Assembly (NCBI GenBank): GCA_018401455.1 | Contig: JAGYKU010000003.1 | Span: 20,244-84,243, forward strand | Direction: 5' to 3' | DNA: 64,000 bases | DNA from: Flavobacteriales bacterium | GTDB taxonomy: Bacteria; Bacteroidota; Bacteroidia; Flavobacteriales_D; Parvicellaceae | In this document: piece after piece, positions 20,034 to 29,864 of the stretch | Layout of the letters: every line of letters starts with the position of its first letter | Position numbering within the stretch: position 1 is the first letter of the stretch | Translations under genes and position numbers: made by a program | The notes under the pieces: generated by a model | The model's database searches: none | What the model was told of the DNA's origin: nothing | The model's input: only the letters and a program-made list of their open reading frames with translations

Positions 20034-21722
20034 ATGATTAGAATTACAGTAATATTTATTTTATCTTTTCTTTCTCTTTTGATATACTCTCAAAAGGATC
20101 AGTTTAATCTTACTAAATATTATGATACGTTAATCTACACTTCAGATAGAATTATTGAATCGTCATTTTCCAGTTCACAACTCAACAATGAAAATCCATA
20201 TATTAAAAGAGACACAACTAAAGTAAAATCAATTTTACTTTCTGATAATTTTGCCATTCAAAAACCTTTTAAAAAACCAATTGAATTAAAAATTCAAAAG
20301 TTGATACTTTTTTATAAATTCTTTACAAGGAGATTTCTTTTATAAAGAGTTCAATGATTTTACATTTTTCAATCCAATAGTTGATATAAAAAATGAAAAT
20401 CATTGGGAAATTCCAGAATCTATGATGTATTTTCAAAATCCTAATTCAGTAAATGTCGATTTTTCTCAATTTTCGTTAACCTCTGAAAAATTAACCACTT
20501 TAGATGTCAATAATTTTTTCAACCCTTTTTATTTCAAAATAAAGAGGTAAGTAATAATATGTATAGACAATTTTGGTACTACGTAAGGGATAGTATTGGA
20601 AGAGAAATTTTAGCTGAAAATCTGAATATTTATGACTGGAAAATACCAACTTATGATTCTTTAGGACAAGTGAATGATTTTGATGACTGGATTTTAAATT
20701 GGGAGAAAAGAATTGACTGGGAAAAATATCCCGAAAATGAACAATTTGAGTTTTTATCACAAATGTATCTTGGAGGAAGCAATAGATTTTATGATTATTA
20801 TGAGATTGATGTAAGATACCTAAGGTATGAGTATATAGATGATTTTGGAGATACAATTACCATAAATGTATGCCCAGATACTTTATGTTGGATTCAAGAT
20901 TTTTCCAATAAAAAATTAGAAGCAATGACCAATATGTACTTTTGGCATCCTGCTTATGATGATTATCCTGTAGTTGGACTAAATTACTATCAAATAGAAG
21001 CTTTTTGTCATTGGTACACGAAGATTATCAATAAAAAAATGCAAGGATTAAATCTACCTTACAAGCTGAAGTTTGATATACCAAGTATAATTCAATGGGA
21101 TTATGTTAGAAATGCTCTTCGAAGAGAAAATAAGATTGTTTTGGACTTTCCTTTTAATTGGGAAACCAATTTGGTTTTGACAGAGTCTATGAGTATGCCT
21201 GTGGGTGAAGGAAAAGACACAATTTACGACTATAATGATTTTAAAGAAAAAGAAGGTCAGTTAAATAGGAAGGTTATTTTGCAAAGCCCATTAAGTGAAA
21301 TGGCAACTGATAATTCCCTAGAATTTAACGAGCAATTTTTAATTGCTTGTTATTACCAACCCGAACCAAAAAAAGGAAATCACATATCAAACGTCCGAGC
21401 AATGGGCACTGGTGTCTCCGAGTGGCTTCAAGAATCTTATGAAGAAAATTGGAAATTGATGTATTACAAAAGAATGGAGTTGTTGCTCAAAACACCAGGC
21501 GCTGATGCAGATATTCAAGCGTTGAGAGAAGAGTATTTTAATTTGTATAATCATCCTAAAGGGAGAATGGTTATTGGAGCCAATTGGTATGACTATCGCG
21601 ATGAGTATTACGAAGGAAAATCTTTTGAAAGTATGGATGCAAAAGTATTTGCGAATCCCGATAAAGGATTTGCAACTGTAGGTTTTAGATTGATAGCTAC
21701 TTTCGAACCTATTGAAAAGTAA
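20034..21722 (+). CDS. SUMF1/FGE-sulfatase-domain protein, GldK/GldJ-like; 5' part frameshifted (intact ORF 20559-21722)
   Basis: YRQFWYYVRDSI, YFWHPAYDDYPVVGL, GVSEW, VGFRL; upstream fragment 20034-20345 has a signal peptide. Confidence 0.7.
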
Positions 21723-21761
21723 AAAATTGTTGCCATATTTGCACTCAATTATTTAGACCCA

Positions 21762-22451
21762 ATGAAAAACCCAACATTACTTTTAACATTATACATCATC
21801 ACAGCCATTCTTGAAATCACTGGAGATATTTTTGAAATTCAACCTTTGATATTCGCTACCAAACCCTTGTTGATGCCTTTTTTACTTTTGTGGTTTTGGA
21901 GTTTGACGCAAAATATAACGGGCAAATTCAAAAATTTAATGACAGGTGCCATCATCGCATCGTTTTTTGGAGATACATTTTTGTTGTTTGTTCCACAAAA
22001 CGAAAATTTCTTTCTATTAGGATTGGGCTCATTTTTAATAGGTCAATTATTGTACGCTTGGGCATTTATTTTAAATATAAAAAACGCTAAAACAAGAGGA
22101 GATGTTAGATTAAATATTTTGTTTGCACTAATGTTTGGAGCGTTTTATATGGTTTTGATGAATACGCTTTTCCTAAAATTAGGCGAGTTTTTAATTCCAG
22201 TCATCGTTTATGGATTAGCCATTTGTTTTATGGGATTGACAGCAGCTTTCAGGTACAACAAAGTCAGTATGGCTTCTTATTATTACATATTAGCAGGTGC
22301 ACTTACTTTTGTGGTTTCAGACACTTGTATCGCTATGGATAAGTTCTATTTTACGGACGGTTTTCCCTTTGCTCAAGCAACGATTATGATTACCTACTGC
22401 ACTGCTCAGTATTTGATTATTAAAGGCGCAATTTTGCATTTAAAAGAATAG
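21762..22451 (+). CDS. Lysoplasmalogenase (YhhN/TMEM86 family)
   Basis: TKPLLMP, SFFGDTFLL, GLGSFL, FVVSD, TYCTAQY. Confidence 0.88.
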   Translation: MKNPTLLLTLYIITAILEITGDIFEIQPLIFATKPLLMPFLLLWFWSLTQNITGKFKNLMTGAIIASFFGDTFLLFVPQNENFFLLGLGSFLIGQLLYAWAFILNIKNAKTRGDVRLNILFALMFGAFYMVLMNTLFLKLGEFLIPVIVYGLAICFMGLTAAFRYNKVSMASYYYILAGALTFVVSDTCIAMDKFYFTDGFPFAQATIMITYCTAQYLIIKGAILHLKE

Positions 22452-22603
22452 GTTTCAACGGTTATCAAAACGACATTTTTTTTATTGTATGAATACAAAG
22501 ACGCAATGAAAAAAATATACGGAGTTTCTCGCAGGTTTATACTGTAAATATATTGATTATCAAAGTGTAAAACAAGTGATTGAACTTGCTTTTTAAAAAA
22601 TAT

Positions 22604-23287
22604 TTACCCAATCCTAAATTGTGCATATTTAGTTTTGATATTTTGAGCCAACCATTTAGATTCGTAATAGGTTCGTATTCCCATTTTATAAACCACATCA
22701 GGAGTTGTTTGGTGAATCAATTCTCCATAAACATCCCAAGATTTAAGAAGTAGAGGGTAATTATGTTCATCCACTTGGTCTAATGTGTAACCAAAAAGCA
22801 GGTCACTATCTGTTTTGATATTGATAATTCCTTTTGGTTTTAAAATGCTACGATATCTATCAATAAACATAGGAGATGTAAGTCTTTTTCTTGGTCTTCG
22901 AGGTTGAGGATCACTAAATGTGAGCCAAATTTCGGCTACTTCACCTTTTTTAAAAAATTTATCTATAAAATCAACTTTTGTCCTTAAAAATGCAACATTA
23001 TTCAATTCCTCTTCAAGTGCTGTTTTGGCACCTTTCCAAATTCTTGCCCCTTTAATGTCAACGCCTATAAAGTTAAAGTCTTTGTATTTTCTTGCTAAAC
23101 CAAGTGTGTATTCACCTTTGCCACAACCTAGTTCCAAAATTATTGGTAAATCATTTCCAAATAATTCTTTACTCCAATTTCCTTTTAGCGGGTATGGAAC
23201 ATCTGACATGGCTTCTTCTGTGGTAGGTTCTACAACATTTTTGAATTCATGCACAGCGTTAAATTTTCTAAGCTTATCTTTCCCCAT
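22604..23287 (-). CDS. trmB: tRNA (guanine-N7)-methyltransferase
   Basis: LELGCGKGEY, DIKGARIW, FSDPQ, KTDS; likely start MGKDKL at 23287. Confidence 0.94.
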   Translation of the reverse strand: MGKDKLRKFNAVHEFKNVVEPTTEEAMSDVPYPLKGNWSKELFGNDLPIILELGCGKGEYTLGLARKYKDFNFIGVDIKGARIWKGAKTALEEELNNVAFLRTKVDFIDKFFKKGEVAEIWLTFSDPQPRRPRKRLTSPMFIDRYRSILKPKGIINIKTDSDLLFGYTLDQVDEHNYPLLLKSWDVYGELIHQTTPDVVYKMGIRTYYESKWLAQNIKTKYAQFRIG

Positions 23288-23800
23288 AATATTCGACAAA
23301 ATTACAATAATTTTTAATGCAACAATTTGCAAATTCTTGCAAAAACAAATTACCAATATTTTTGTGGCTAGGTGTAATTGTATTTGGCAATTCAGATTTT
23401 CGATATAATGCGCTCTATATTAGTTGTGTAGGTTGTTTTGTGTTTCTAATTTCCAATTTTATGTTTCATCTCTTTTCAATAACCTAAGCACCTCTTACTT
23501 CGAAGCTTTTTGTGTTGCGAAACTATTTGTAGTTCGAAACTTCAGTGAAGAAGTATAATGTAGAAGCATTAGCAAAGTAGTACAGCCAAGGATATCTGTT
23601 TTTAACTTTCCGATTTCAACTTTCAACTTTTTTCAATAACCAAAGTTTTTGCGAAGGATATCTGATTTCCTATTTTCAAATTGCTACATTATCAAATTAT
23701 CGTTAAGTCGTATGTCTTCAAAAAGTATGTCAAATAACCCATCATCCATCTTTCATCAATCGAAGCAATAGCGAAGATTGAACACATCAACCATTATCCA

Positions 23801-23870
23801 TCTAGCGTCTAGCATCTAGCATCTAGCATCTAGTATCTAGTATCTAGCGTCTAGCATCTAGTATCTAGCA
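23801..23870. repeat. Tandem heptamer array (TCTAGYR) x10
   Basis: Ten consecutive units of tctagcg, tctagca or tctagta. Confidence 0.97.
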
Positions 23871-23877
23871 ACTGAAA

Positions 23878-24027
23878 TCGTCCAATCGTATGTCGTAACA
23901 TCTTATGTCGTAACATCGTATGTCGTAACATCGTATGTCGTAACATCGTATGTCGTAACATCGTATGTCGTCCAATCGTATGTCGTAACATCGTATGTCG
24001 TCCAATCGTATGTCGTAACATCCTATT
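23878..24027. repeat. Tandem 15-bp array (TCGTAACA or TCGTCCAA plus TCGTATG), nine full units and one degenerate
   Basis: Read directly from the sequence; alternating 8-mer and 7-mer subunits. Confidence 0.97.
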
Positions 24028-24124
24028 TCCAATTTCAACTTTTAAATGTTAACATAAATTAAGCTTAGCGGAGTAAGATTCGGAAAATAAGTTAATTTTA
24101 CAGATAAATTAAAATACTAAAGAT

Positions 24125-24835
24125 ATGGAAGAGGAAAGAGATAGAATCAAAGAAGCCTTTAAGCATAAGGATTGGAACGAGATAAGAACAAACGATAGCT
24201 GGGCAGTTTTTAAAATAATGTCTGAATTTGTAGAAGGATATGAAAGGTTATCTAAAATTGGACCTTGTGTATCGATTTTTGGATCGGCAAGAACACCATC
24301 AGACAATAAATATTATTTATTAGCAGAAGACATCGCTTATAAATTGACAACCAACGGTTATGGAGTGATTACAGGAGGGGGGCCAGGTATAATGGAAGCG
24401 GGAAATAAAGGAGCTGCAAAAGGTAAGGGTATCAGTGTTGGATTGAACATAGAATTGCCATTCGAACAACATTACAATCCTTATATAGACTCCGACAAAA
24501 TGCTCAATTTTGACTACTTTTTTGTAAGAAAAGTAATGTTTGTTAAGTATGCACAAGGATTTATCGTGTTGCCAGGAGGATTTGGAACTTTGGATGAACT
24601 TTTTGAAGCGATGACATTGATACAAACCAAAAAAACAGGAAGATTTCCAATTATTTTAGTCGGAAAGACTTTTTGGGAAGGCTTATTAGATTGGGTAAAA
24701 GAAGTAGTGTTGGAAAAAGAAAACAACATCAATGAAGAAGATTTGAATTTATTTAAATTGGTTGATACAGCAGATGAAGCAGTAGATGAGATTAATAGAT
24801 TCTACAAAAAATACATGCTTACTCCAAACTTCTAA
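24125..24835 (+). CDS. LOG family (TIGR00730) Rossmann-fold protein
   Basis: FGSART, TGGGPGIMEA, PGGFGTLDE. Confidence 0.93.
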   Translation: MEEERDRIKEAFKHKDWNEIRTNDSWAVFKIMSEFVEGYERLSKIGPCVSIFGSARTPSDNKYYLLAEDIAYKLTTNGYGVITGGGPGIMEAGNKGAAKGKGISVGLNIELPFEQHYNPYIDSDKMLNFDYFFVRKVMFVKYAQGFIVLPGGFGTLDELFEAMTLIQTKKTGRFPIILVGKTFWEGLLDWVKEVVLEKENNINEEDLNLFKLVDTADEAVDEINRFYKKYMLTPNF

Positions 24836-24947
24836 TACTTTTTAGCACTAAAACTTTTATAGTTCAAAAGTATTTTTTAAATTTGCTAGATTAGTGAGTA
24901 AAACTTTCTTTGAAACCATTATTTGATTCTACTAAAAATTTGATTCT

Positions 24948-26261
24948 ATGAAAAAAATGCTACTTTTTACATTTTTAGTTACTACTTTTTATAATATCAA
25001 TGCTCAATTTCAAGAGAAAGAAATGCCAGATGTACTAACTGTTGGCGCTGGAGTAGGATTTTTATCATACATGGGAGATTTGACGGCACAATCTAATGTT
25101 TCAAAGTTTTCAAATATTCGTACAGGTTACACTTTCAATTTGGAAAGAAGATTTGGGGAAGTTTTTGGTTTTCAAGTCGATGCTTTGTACGGAAAATTGT
25201 CATCAAATGAAAGAAGTAAAGAGATTTTGAAAAACAGAAATTTTGAAACGGCTGTAATCCAAGTAGGTTTAAATGCCGTTTTTCATTTTGATAATGATTT
25301 GGTGATCCACAAAGAATCTCCATTTTCACCCTATATTTCTGCAGGTTTTCATTTTTTGAAATTTGATCCTTACGGTGATTTGAAAGACAAAAACGGAGTG
25401 CCTTATCAATATTGGGATAATGGCACTATTTGGAATCAGTCACAAGGAGACACATCTTCTGGTGCAACTCAAATTCAACGAGACTATACCTACGAAACAC
25501 AACTTACTGATTCAGCTGTGAATTACAACAGAAGTACTTTTGCAGTGCCTTTGACATTTGGGTTGAAATGGAAGTTTACCCCTAGAATTCAAGGAAGAAT
25601 TTATGCTACTTACAATATTACTTTTACAGATTGGATTGATAATGTAAGTGAAAATGGTAAAAACGACAAGTATCTATTTGGAGGGTTTTCATTGCACTAC
25701 GTCATCAAAAAAGTAAATCAAGAGAAAAAACACAGATATGACGATGTTGATTTTTCAGCCATAGAAAATTCTGATAAAGACGGAGATGGTGTTTTGGATA
25801 TGGAAGATTTTTGCCAGAACACACCCAAAGGAGTAGAGGTAGATAAAAAAGGTTGTCCACTAGATGCAGATGGAGATGGAGTTCCAGATTATTTAGATAA
25901 AGAACCCAACACGCCCAAAGGAGCTATAGTAGATGAAGAAGGCAGAGAATTGACAGACGAATTATTGGCTGAGCGAATTGCTACTAAAAATAAAATTGTA
26001 GAAGAGCGTAAACAATCTTTTTCTGAAGATGCTTCTCAAAGTAAATTAGATGAAATTTCTTCACAAATTGAAGCCGCATCCAAAGGCGCAAAAAGTAAAT
26101 CGAATAACATTCCATTAGACTTACAAGAAGCAGATTTAGATGGAAATGGATTTATATCCTCCAAAGAAATTTCCGCAGCTATTGACGGTTTCTTCGAAGG
26201 GTCTAATAACTTCTCTGTAAAAAAACTCCATGAGTTGATTGATTACTTTTTTGAGCAGTAG
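24948..26261 (+). CDS. Outer-membrane beta-barrel protein with thrombospondin type-3 repeats and a C-terminal EF-hand-like motif
   Basis: Signal peptide, SYMGDL barrel start, DKDGDGVLD and DADGDGVPDYLD repeats, DLDGNGFISSKE. Confidence 0.7.
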   Translation: MKKMLLFTFLVTTFYNINAQFQEKEMPDVLTVGAGVGFLSYMGDLTAQSNVSKFSNIRTGYTFNLERRFGEVFGFQVDALYGKLSSNERSKEILKNRNFETAVIQVGLNAVFHFDNDLVIHKESPFSPYISAGFHFLKFDPYGDLKDKNGVPYQYWDNGTIWNQSQGDTSSGATQIQRDYTYETQLTDSAVNYNRSTFAVPLTFGLKWKFTPRIQGRIYATYNITFTDWIDNVSENGKNDKYLFGGFSLHYVIKKVNQEKKHRYDDVDFSAIENSDKDGDGVLDMEDFCQNTPKGVEVDKKGCPLDADGDGVPDYLDKEPNTPKGAIVDEEGRELTDELLAERIATKNKIVEERKQSFSEDASQSKLDEISSQIEAASKGAKSKSNNIPLDLQEADLDGNGFISSKEISAAIDGFFEGSNNFSVKKLHELIDYFFEQ

Positions 26262-26338
26262 TCTTTTTTCCATGTTTTTATTTTTTTTAAGTTCATCATT
26301 AATATTATTGATACTTTTGAAATCGAAAATTTTATATC

Positions 26339-26845
26339 ATGATAGTATCCATAATTGCAGCCATAGGAAAAAATAGAGAATTAGGAAAAGACAATGATTT
26401 GATATGGCATCTGCCCAAAGACATGAAGTTTTTTACGGAAACAACCCTTGGTCATTTTGTTATTATGGGAAGAAGAAATTATGATTCTATACCTACGAAA
26501 TATCGTCCACTGAAAGAACGTACTAATGTAATTGTAACTCGACAAGAAGGATTTAAAGCCGAAAAATGTGTGGTCGTGAATAGTGTGGAAGAAGGAATTG
26601 CTTTGGCAAAAATGGAGGGGGATTCAGAATGCTTTGTAATTGGTGGAGGACAAATATATGACTATGCTTTGAAACAAAATCTTGTGGATAGAATCTACCT
26701 AACACATATTGATGAATCTTTTGATGCAGATACTTTTTTTACAGTTTTCGACTCCTCAAAATGGACTCAAAAAACAATCATGAGTTTTCAAAAAGACGAT
26801 AAAAACGTACATGATTTTGAAATCATTCAGTACGATAAAATATAA
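26339..26845 (+). CDS. folA: Dihydrofolate reductase
   Basis: IWHLPKDMKFF, VIMGR, RPL, IGGGQIY, DTFF. Confidence 0.95.
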   Translation: MIVSIIAAIGKNRELGKDNDLIWHLPKDMKFFTETTLGHFVIMGRRNYDSIPTKYRPLKERTNVIVTRQEGFKAEKCVVVNSVEEGIALAKMEGDSECFVIGGGQIYDYALKQNLVDRIYLTHIDESFDADTFFTVFDSSKWTQKTIMSFQKDDKNVHDFEIIQYDKI

Positions 26846-26984
26846 ATTAATGTAAATATTTAGTTTTACAAAATTATAGAAGAATTACCAATCTTCCATA
26901 TTTTCTTGGTTCTTTTGAAAATTATTGTTAATTTTAGACAACCAATGAAAATCACTTCAGTCTTTGAAGTACAAACCTTATAGT

Positions 26985-29435
26985 ATGAAATTAACCTTAA
27001 TCACAATTAGTTTGCTGTTTTCGAGCGTTTTTATTGCTCAAACAATTGCATCTAGCACAACATCTGAACCATCGATAAATACCTCTTCCAACAAAAAAAT
27101 CTGGCACAGAGCGAGAATATTTTATAACTCTAACGAACAGTTGGCCTTACTTGCTTCTCAAGGTGTTCCTTTAGATCATGGAAAGAAAAAAATAGGCGTT
27201 TTTATTGAGTCCGATTTTTCTGAAAATGAAATCGCCATCGCAAGAATGATTGGTTGCGAAGTACAAATTTTGATTGAAGATGTGAGTCAGTTTTACGTTG
27301 ACCAAAACAAAACAGAAAACCAAAAACCAAAGTCTATAGAGAAAAATGCTAATTGTAGCGGTGTTTCAATACCAAGTTATACAACACCCGCCAATTGGGA
27401 ATTAGGTTCTATGGGAGGGTTTTATACTTACAATGAAATGTTGACAGAGTTGGACCAAATGGCTGCTTTATATCCAAATTTAATCACTGTAAAAGCACCA
27501 ATCTCAACTTTTCAAACAGAAGAAGGGAGACCTATTTATTGGGTGAAAATTTCTGACAATCCCAATGTCGATGAAGGCGAACCTCAAATTCTCTATGATG
27601 CAATTCATCATGCCAGAGAGCCAGCGTCTATGCAACAAATGATTTATTATATGTGGTTTTTGTTGGAAAATTACGATACGAATGATGAAGTGCAAGCCAT
27701 TGTTGATAATACAGAAATGTTTTTTATTCCTGTTCTCAATCCAGATGGATATGAATTCAATTGTACGAATAGCCCTAATGGAGGAGGAATGTTTCGTAAG
27801 AATAGAAGAAATCATGGAAATGGAGATTTCGGAGTGGATAATAATAGAAATTATAATTACACAGATGCAGGAGGAAATGATGTTTGGGGAACAACAGGTG
27901 TGAGTTTTAATACTGGAAACGACACTTATCCAGGTTCTGGTCCTTTTTCTGAAGTAGAAAACCAAGCGATGAAATGGTTTTGTGAAAATCACAATTTTAA
28001 ATTAGCTCTTAATAATCACAGTTGGGACAATTCACTTTTGTTTCCATTTGGTTATGCCAATAATCAATTCACTCCAGACCATAATTATTATCTTGCAATT
28101 TCCCCGGAAATGACAGTAAATAATGGATTGGGAATGGTGCCTAAATTAAGTTCGCTTTTGTATCCAGCTTCTGGTGATTCTGACGATTGGCAATATGGAG
28201 CAGATTTGGCAACCAAACCTAAAATATTTTCATTTACTCCAGAAATTGGAAACAATGGTTTTTGGCCAGCAGCTTCTCAAATTGAAACTATTTGTAATTC
28301 TATGGTTTATACCAATCTTACTTCAGCATTATTGATAACCAATTATGCTAAAATATCTGATGCATCTCCGCTTACTTTGTCGCAAGTGAATGATTATTTC
28401 AAATACGATATTCAAAGATTAGGGATGCAAGAACCTGCTAATTTTACGGTATCTATTAATCCTATTTCAGCAAATATTCTTTCTGTAGGTAATGTCAATA
28501 CACATTCTAATATGACTATATTGCAAAATGATTTGGATTCTATTTCATACGCATTGAGTCCAAGTATTCAAGCAGGTGATGAAGTGAGTTATGAATTGGT
28601 CATCGACAATGGAATGTATGAAAGAACTGTGTTGGTGACAAAAATTTATGGAGCGCAAACAAATATATTTACTGATATAGGAAATAATACTAATAATTGG
28701 GATGTAACACAAACATGGAACACAACAACTTCTGATTTTGTTTCGCCATCTACTTCTATTACTGATTCTCCCAACGGAAATTATGGCAATAACATCAATA
28801 AGAGAATTACTTTAACTGATGAGGTAGAATTGACCAATGCAGTAGCTGCAACTGTTGAGTTTTATGCAAAATGGGAAATTGAAGCAGGTTACGATTATGT
28901 TCAGTTTGAAGTTTCTACAGATGGAGGAAATTCTTGGATTCCTCAATGCGGAAATTATACAAAATCTGGAACGCAAAATCAAGATGAAGGGAAGCCACTT
29001 TACGATGGTTTTCAAACACAATGGGTTAAAGAAACTATAAATTTGAGTGATTATTTGGGAGATAATGTGAAATTTAGATTCAAAATTGTTTCTGACAATT
29101 GGGCTACAGAAGATGGGTTTTATTTTGATGATTTTAAAGTGAATATCATTTTGCCAGACAACATTGGTGTAGAAAATATTGATGTGATTTTGAATGGTTA
29201 TCCTAATCCAACAAATGATGTCTTTAATATTAATTATGCTATTCAAAATGTTGATCAAAATACCGTTTTAAGATTGACTAATAATTTAGGACAAACCATA
29301 AGGAATTATCCTTTGAGTCAAAATAATGGGTTGCTTCAAATCGCCACTCAAGATTTAACTGAAGGTGTTTATTTTTATAGCATAATTAATGCAAAAGGAA
29401 ATGCTCCAGTTAAGAAATTTATGGTTGTAAGGTAA
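26985..29435 (+). CDS. M14 zinc carboxypeptidase (carboxypeptidase T-like) with a beta-sandwich domain and T9SS type A sorting domain
   Basis: HHARE, NPDG, RKNRR, DNNRNY, HSW; C-terminal YPNP...GVYFY...KFMVVR. Confidence 0.9.
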   Translation: MKLTLITISLLFSSVFIAQTIASSTTSEPSINTSSNKKIWHRARIFYNSNEQLALLASQGVPLDHGKKKIGVFIESDFSENEIAIARMIGCEVQILIEDVSQFYVDQNKTENQKPKSIEKNANCSGVSIPSYTTPANWELGSMGGFYTYNEMLTELDQMAALYPNLITVKAPISTFQTEEGRPIYWVKISDNPNVDEGEPQILYDAIHHAREPASMQQMIYYMWFLLENYDTNDEVQAIVDNTEMFFIPVLNPDGYEFNCTNSPNGGGMFRKNRRNHGNGDFGVDNNRNYNYTDAGGNDVWGTTGVSFNTGNDTYPGSGPFSEVENQAMKWFCENHNFKLALNNHSWDNSLLFPFGYANNQFTPDHNYYLAISPEMTVNNGLGMVPKLSSLLYPASGDSDDWQYGADLATKPKIFSFTPEIGNNGFWPAASQIETICNSMVYTNLTSALLITNYAKISDASPLTLSQVNDYFKYDIQRLGMQEPANFTVSINPISANILSVGNVNTHSNMTILQNDLDSISYALSPSIQAGDEVSYELVIDNGMYERTVLVTKIYGAQTNIFTDIGNNTNNWDVTQTWNTTTSDFVSPSTSITDSPNGNYGNNINKRITLTDEVELTNAVAATVEFYAKWEIEAGYDYVQFEVSTDGGNSWIPQCGNYTKSGTQNQDEGKPLYDGFQTQWVKETINLSDYLGDNVKFRFKIVSDNWATEDGFYFDDFKVNIILPDNIGVENIDVILNGYPNPTNDVFNINYAIQNVDQNTVLRLTNNLGQTIRNYPLSQNNGLLQIATQDLTEGVYFYSIINAKGNAPVKKFMVVR

Positions 29436-29449
29436 ACTAGTTGTTTTAA

Positions 29450-29789
29450 GACTTTGTGAAATCTTTTCGTCATTGTGGTTAAAAAGTTTCAAGACTTCAA
29501 GATAAAAGATTTTAAGACTTGATTTTGTACAATATCCTATTTACAAGGTCTTTGGAAAATAACTATAAATGAAAAAAATAGTGAATCCTTAGCGGTTAAA
29601 ATCAAAAATGATGATTTAATCACATAGCTTTTAACCACAGAGAGCGCCAAGAATAATACAAAAAGCACACCAAGAAACACGACAATTTCTAGTGTTTACC
29701 ACTTTGAGCACTTTGCGGAAAAACTTTGTGTACTTTGCGGTTAAAAAAACACAAATGATGAATTTAATCACAAAGCTTTCAACCACAGA
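29450..29789. repeat. Cluster of 9-bp-period inverted arms (TTAACCAC.../...CTTTGCGGTTAA), a ~50-bp direct repeat and an AAGA heptad array
   Basis: actttgagc-actttgcgg and actttgtgt-actttgcggttaa; 29592-29641 resembles 29737-29789; ttcaagacttcaagataaaagattttaagac at 29488. Confidence 0.7.
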
Positions 29790-29864
29790 TAATACCAATA
29801 AAATTCTCTTTTCTATGGAAGTGTAACTTTTTCTCTTTACTTTCGTCCTATCAAAAAGCAAGTA

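Noticed and set aside
23801-24027. CRISPR array
   Set aside because: The units are contiguous 7- and 15-bp tandem repeats with no unique spacers, and no cas genes are present.
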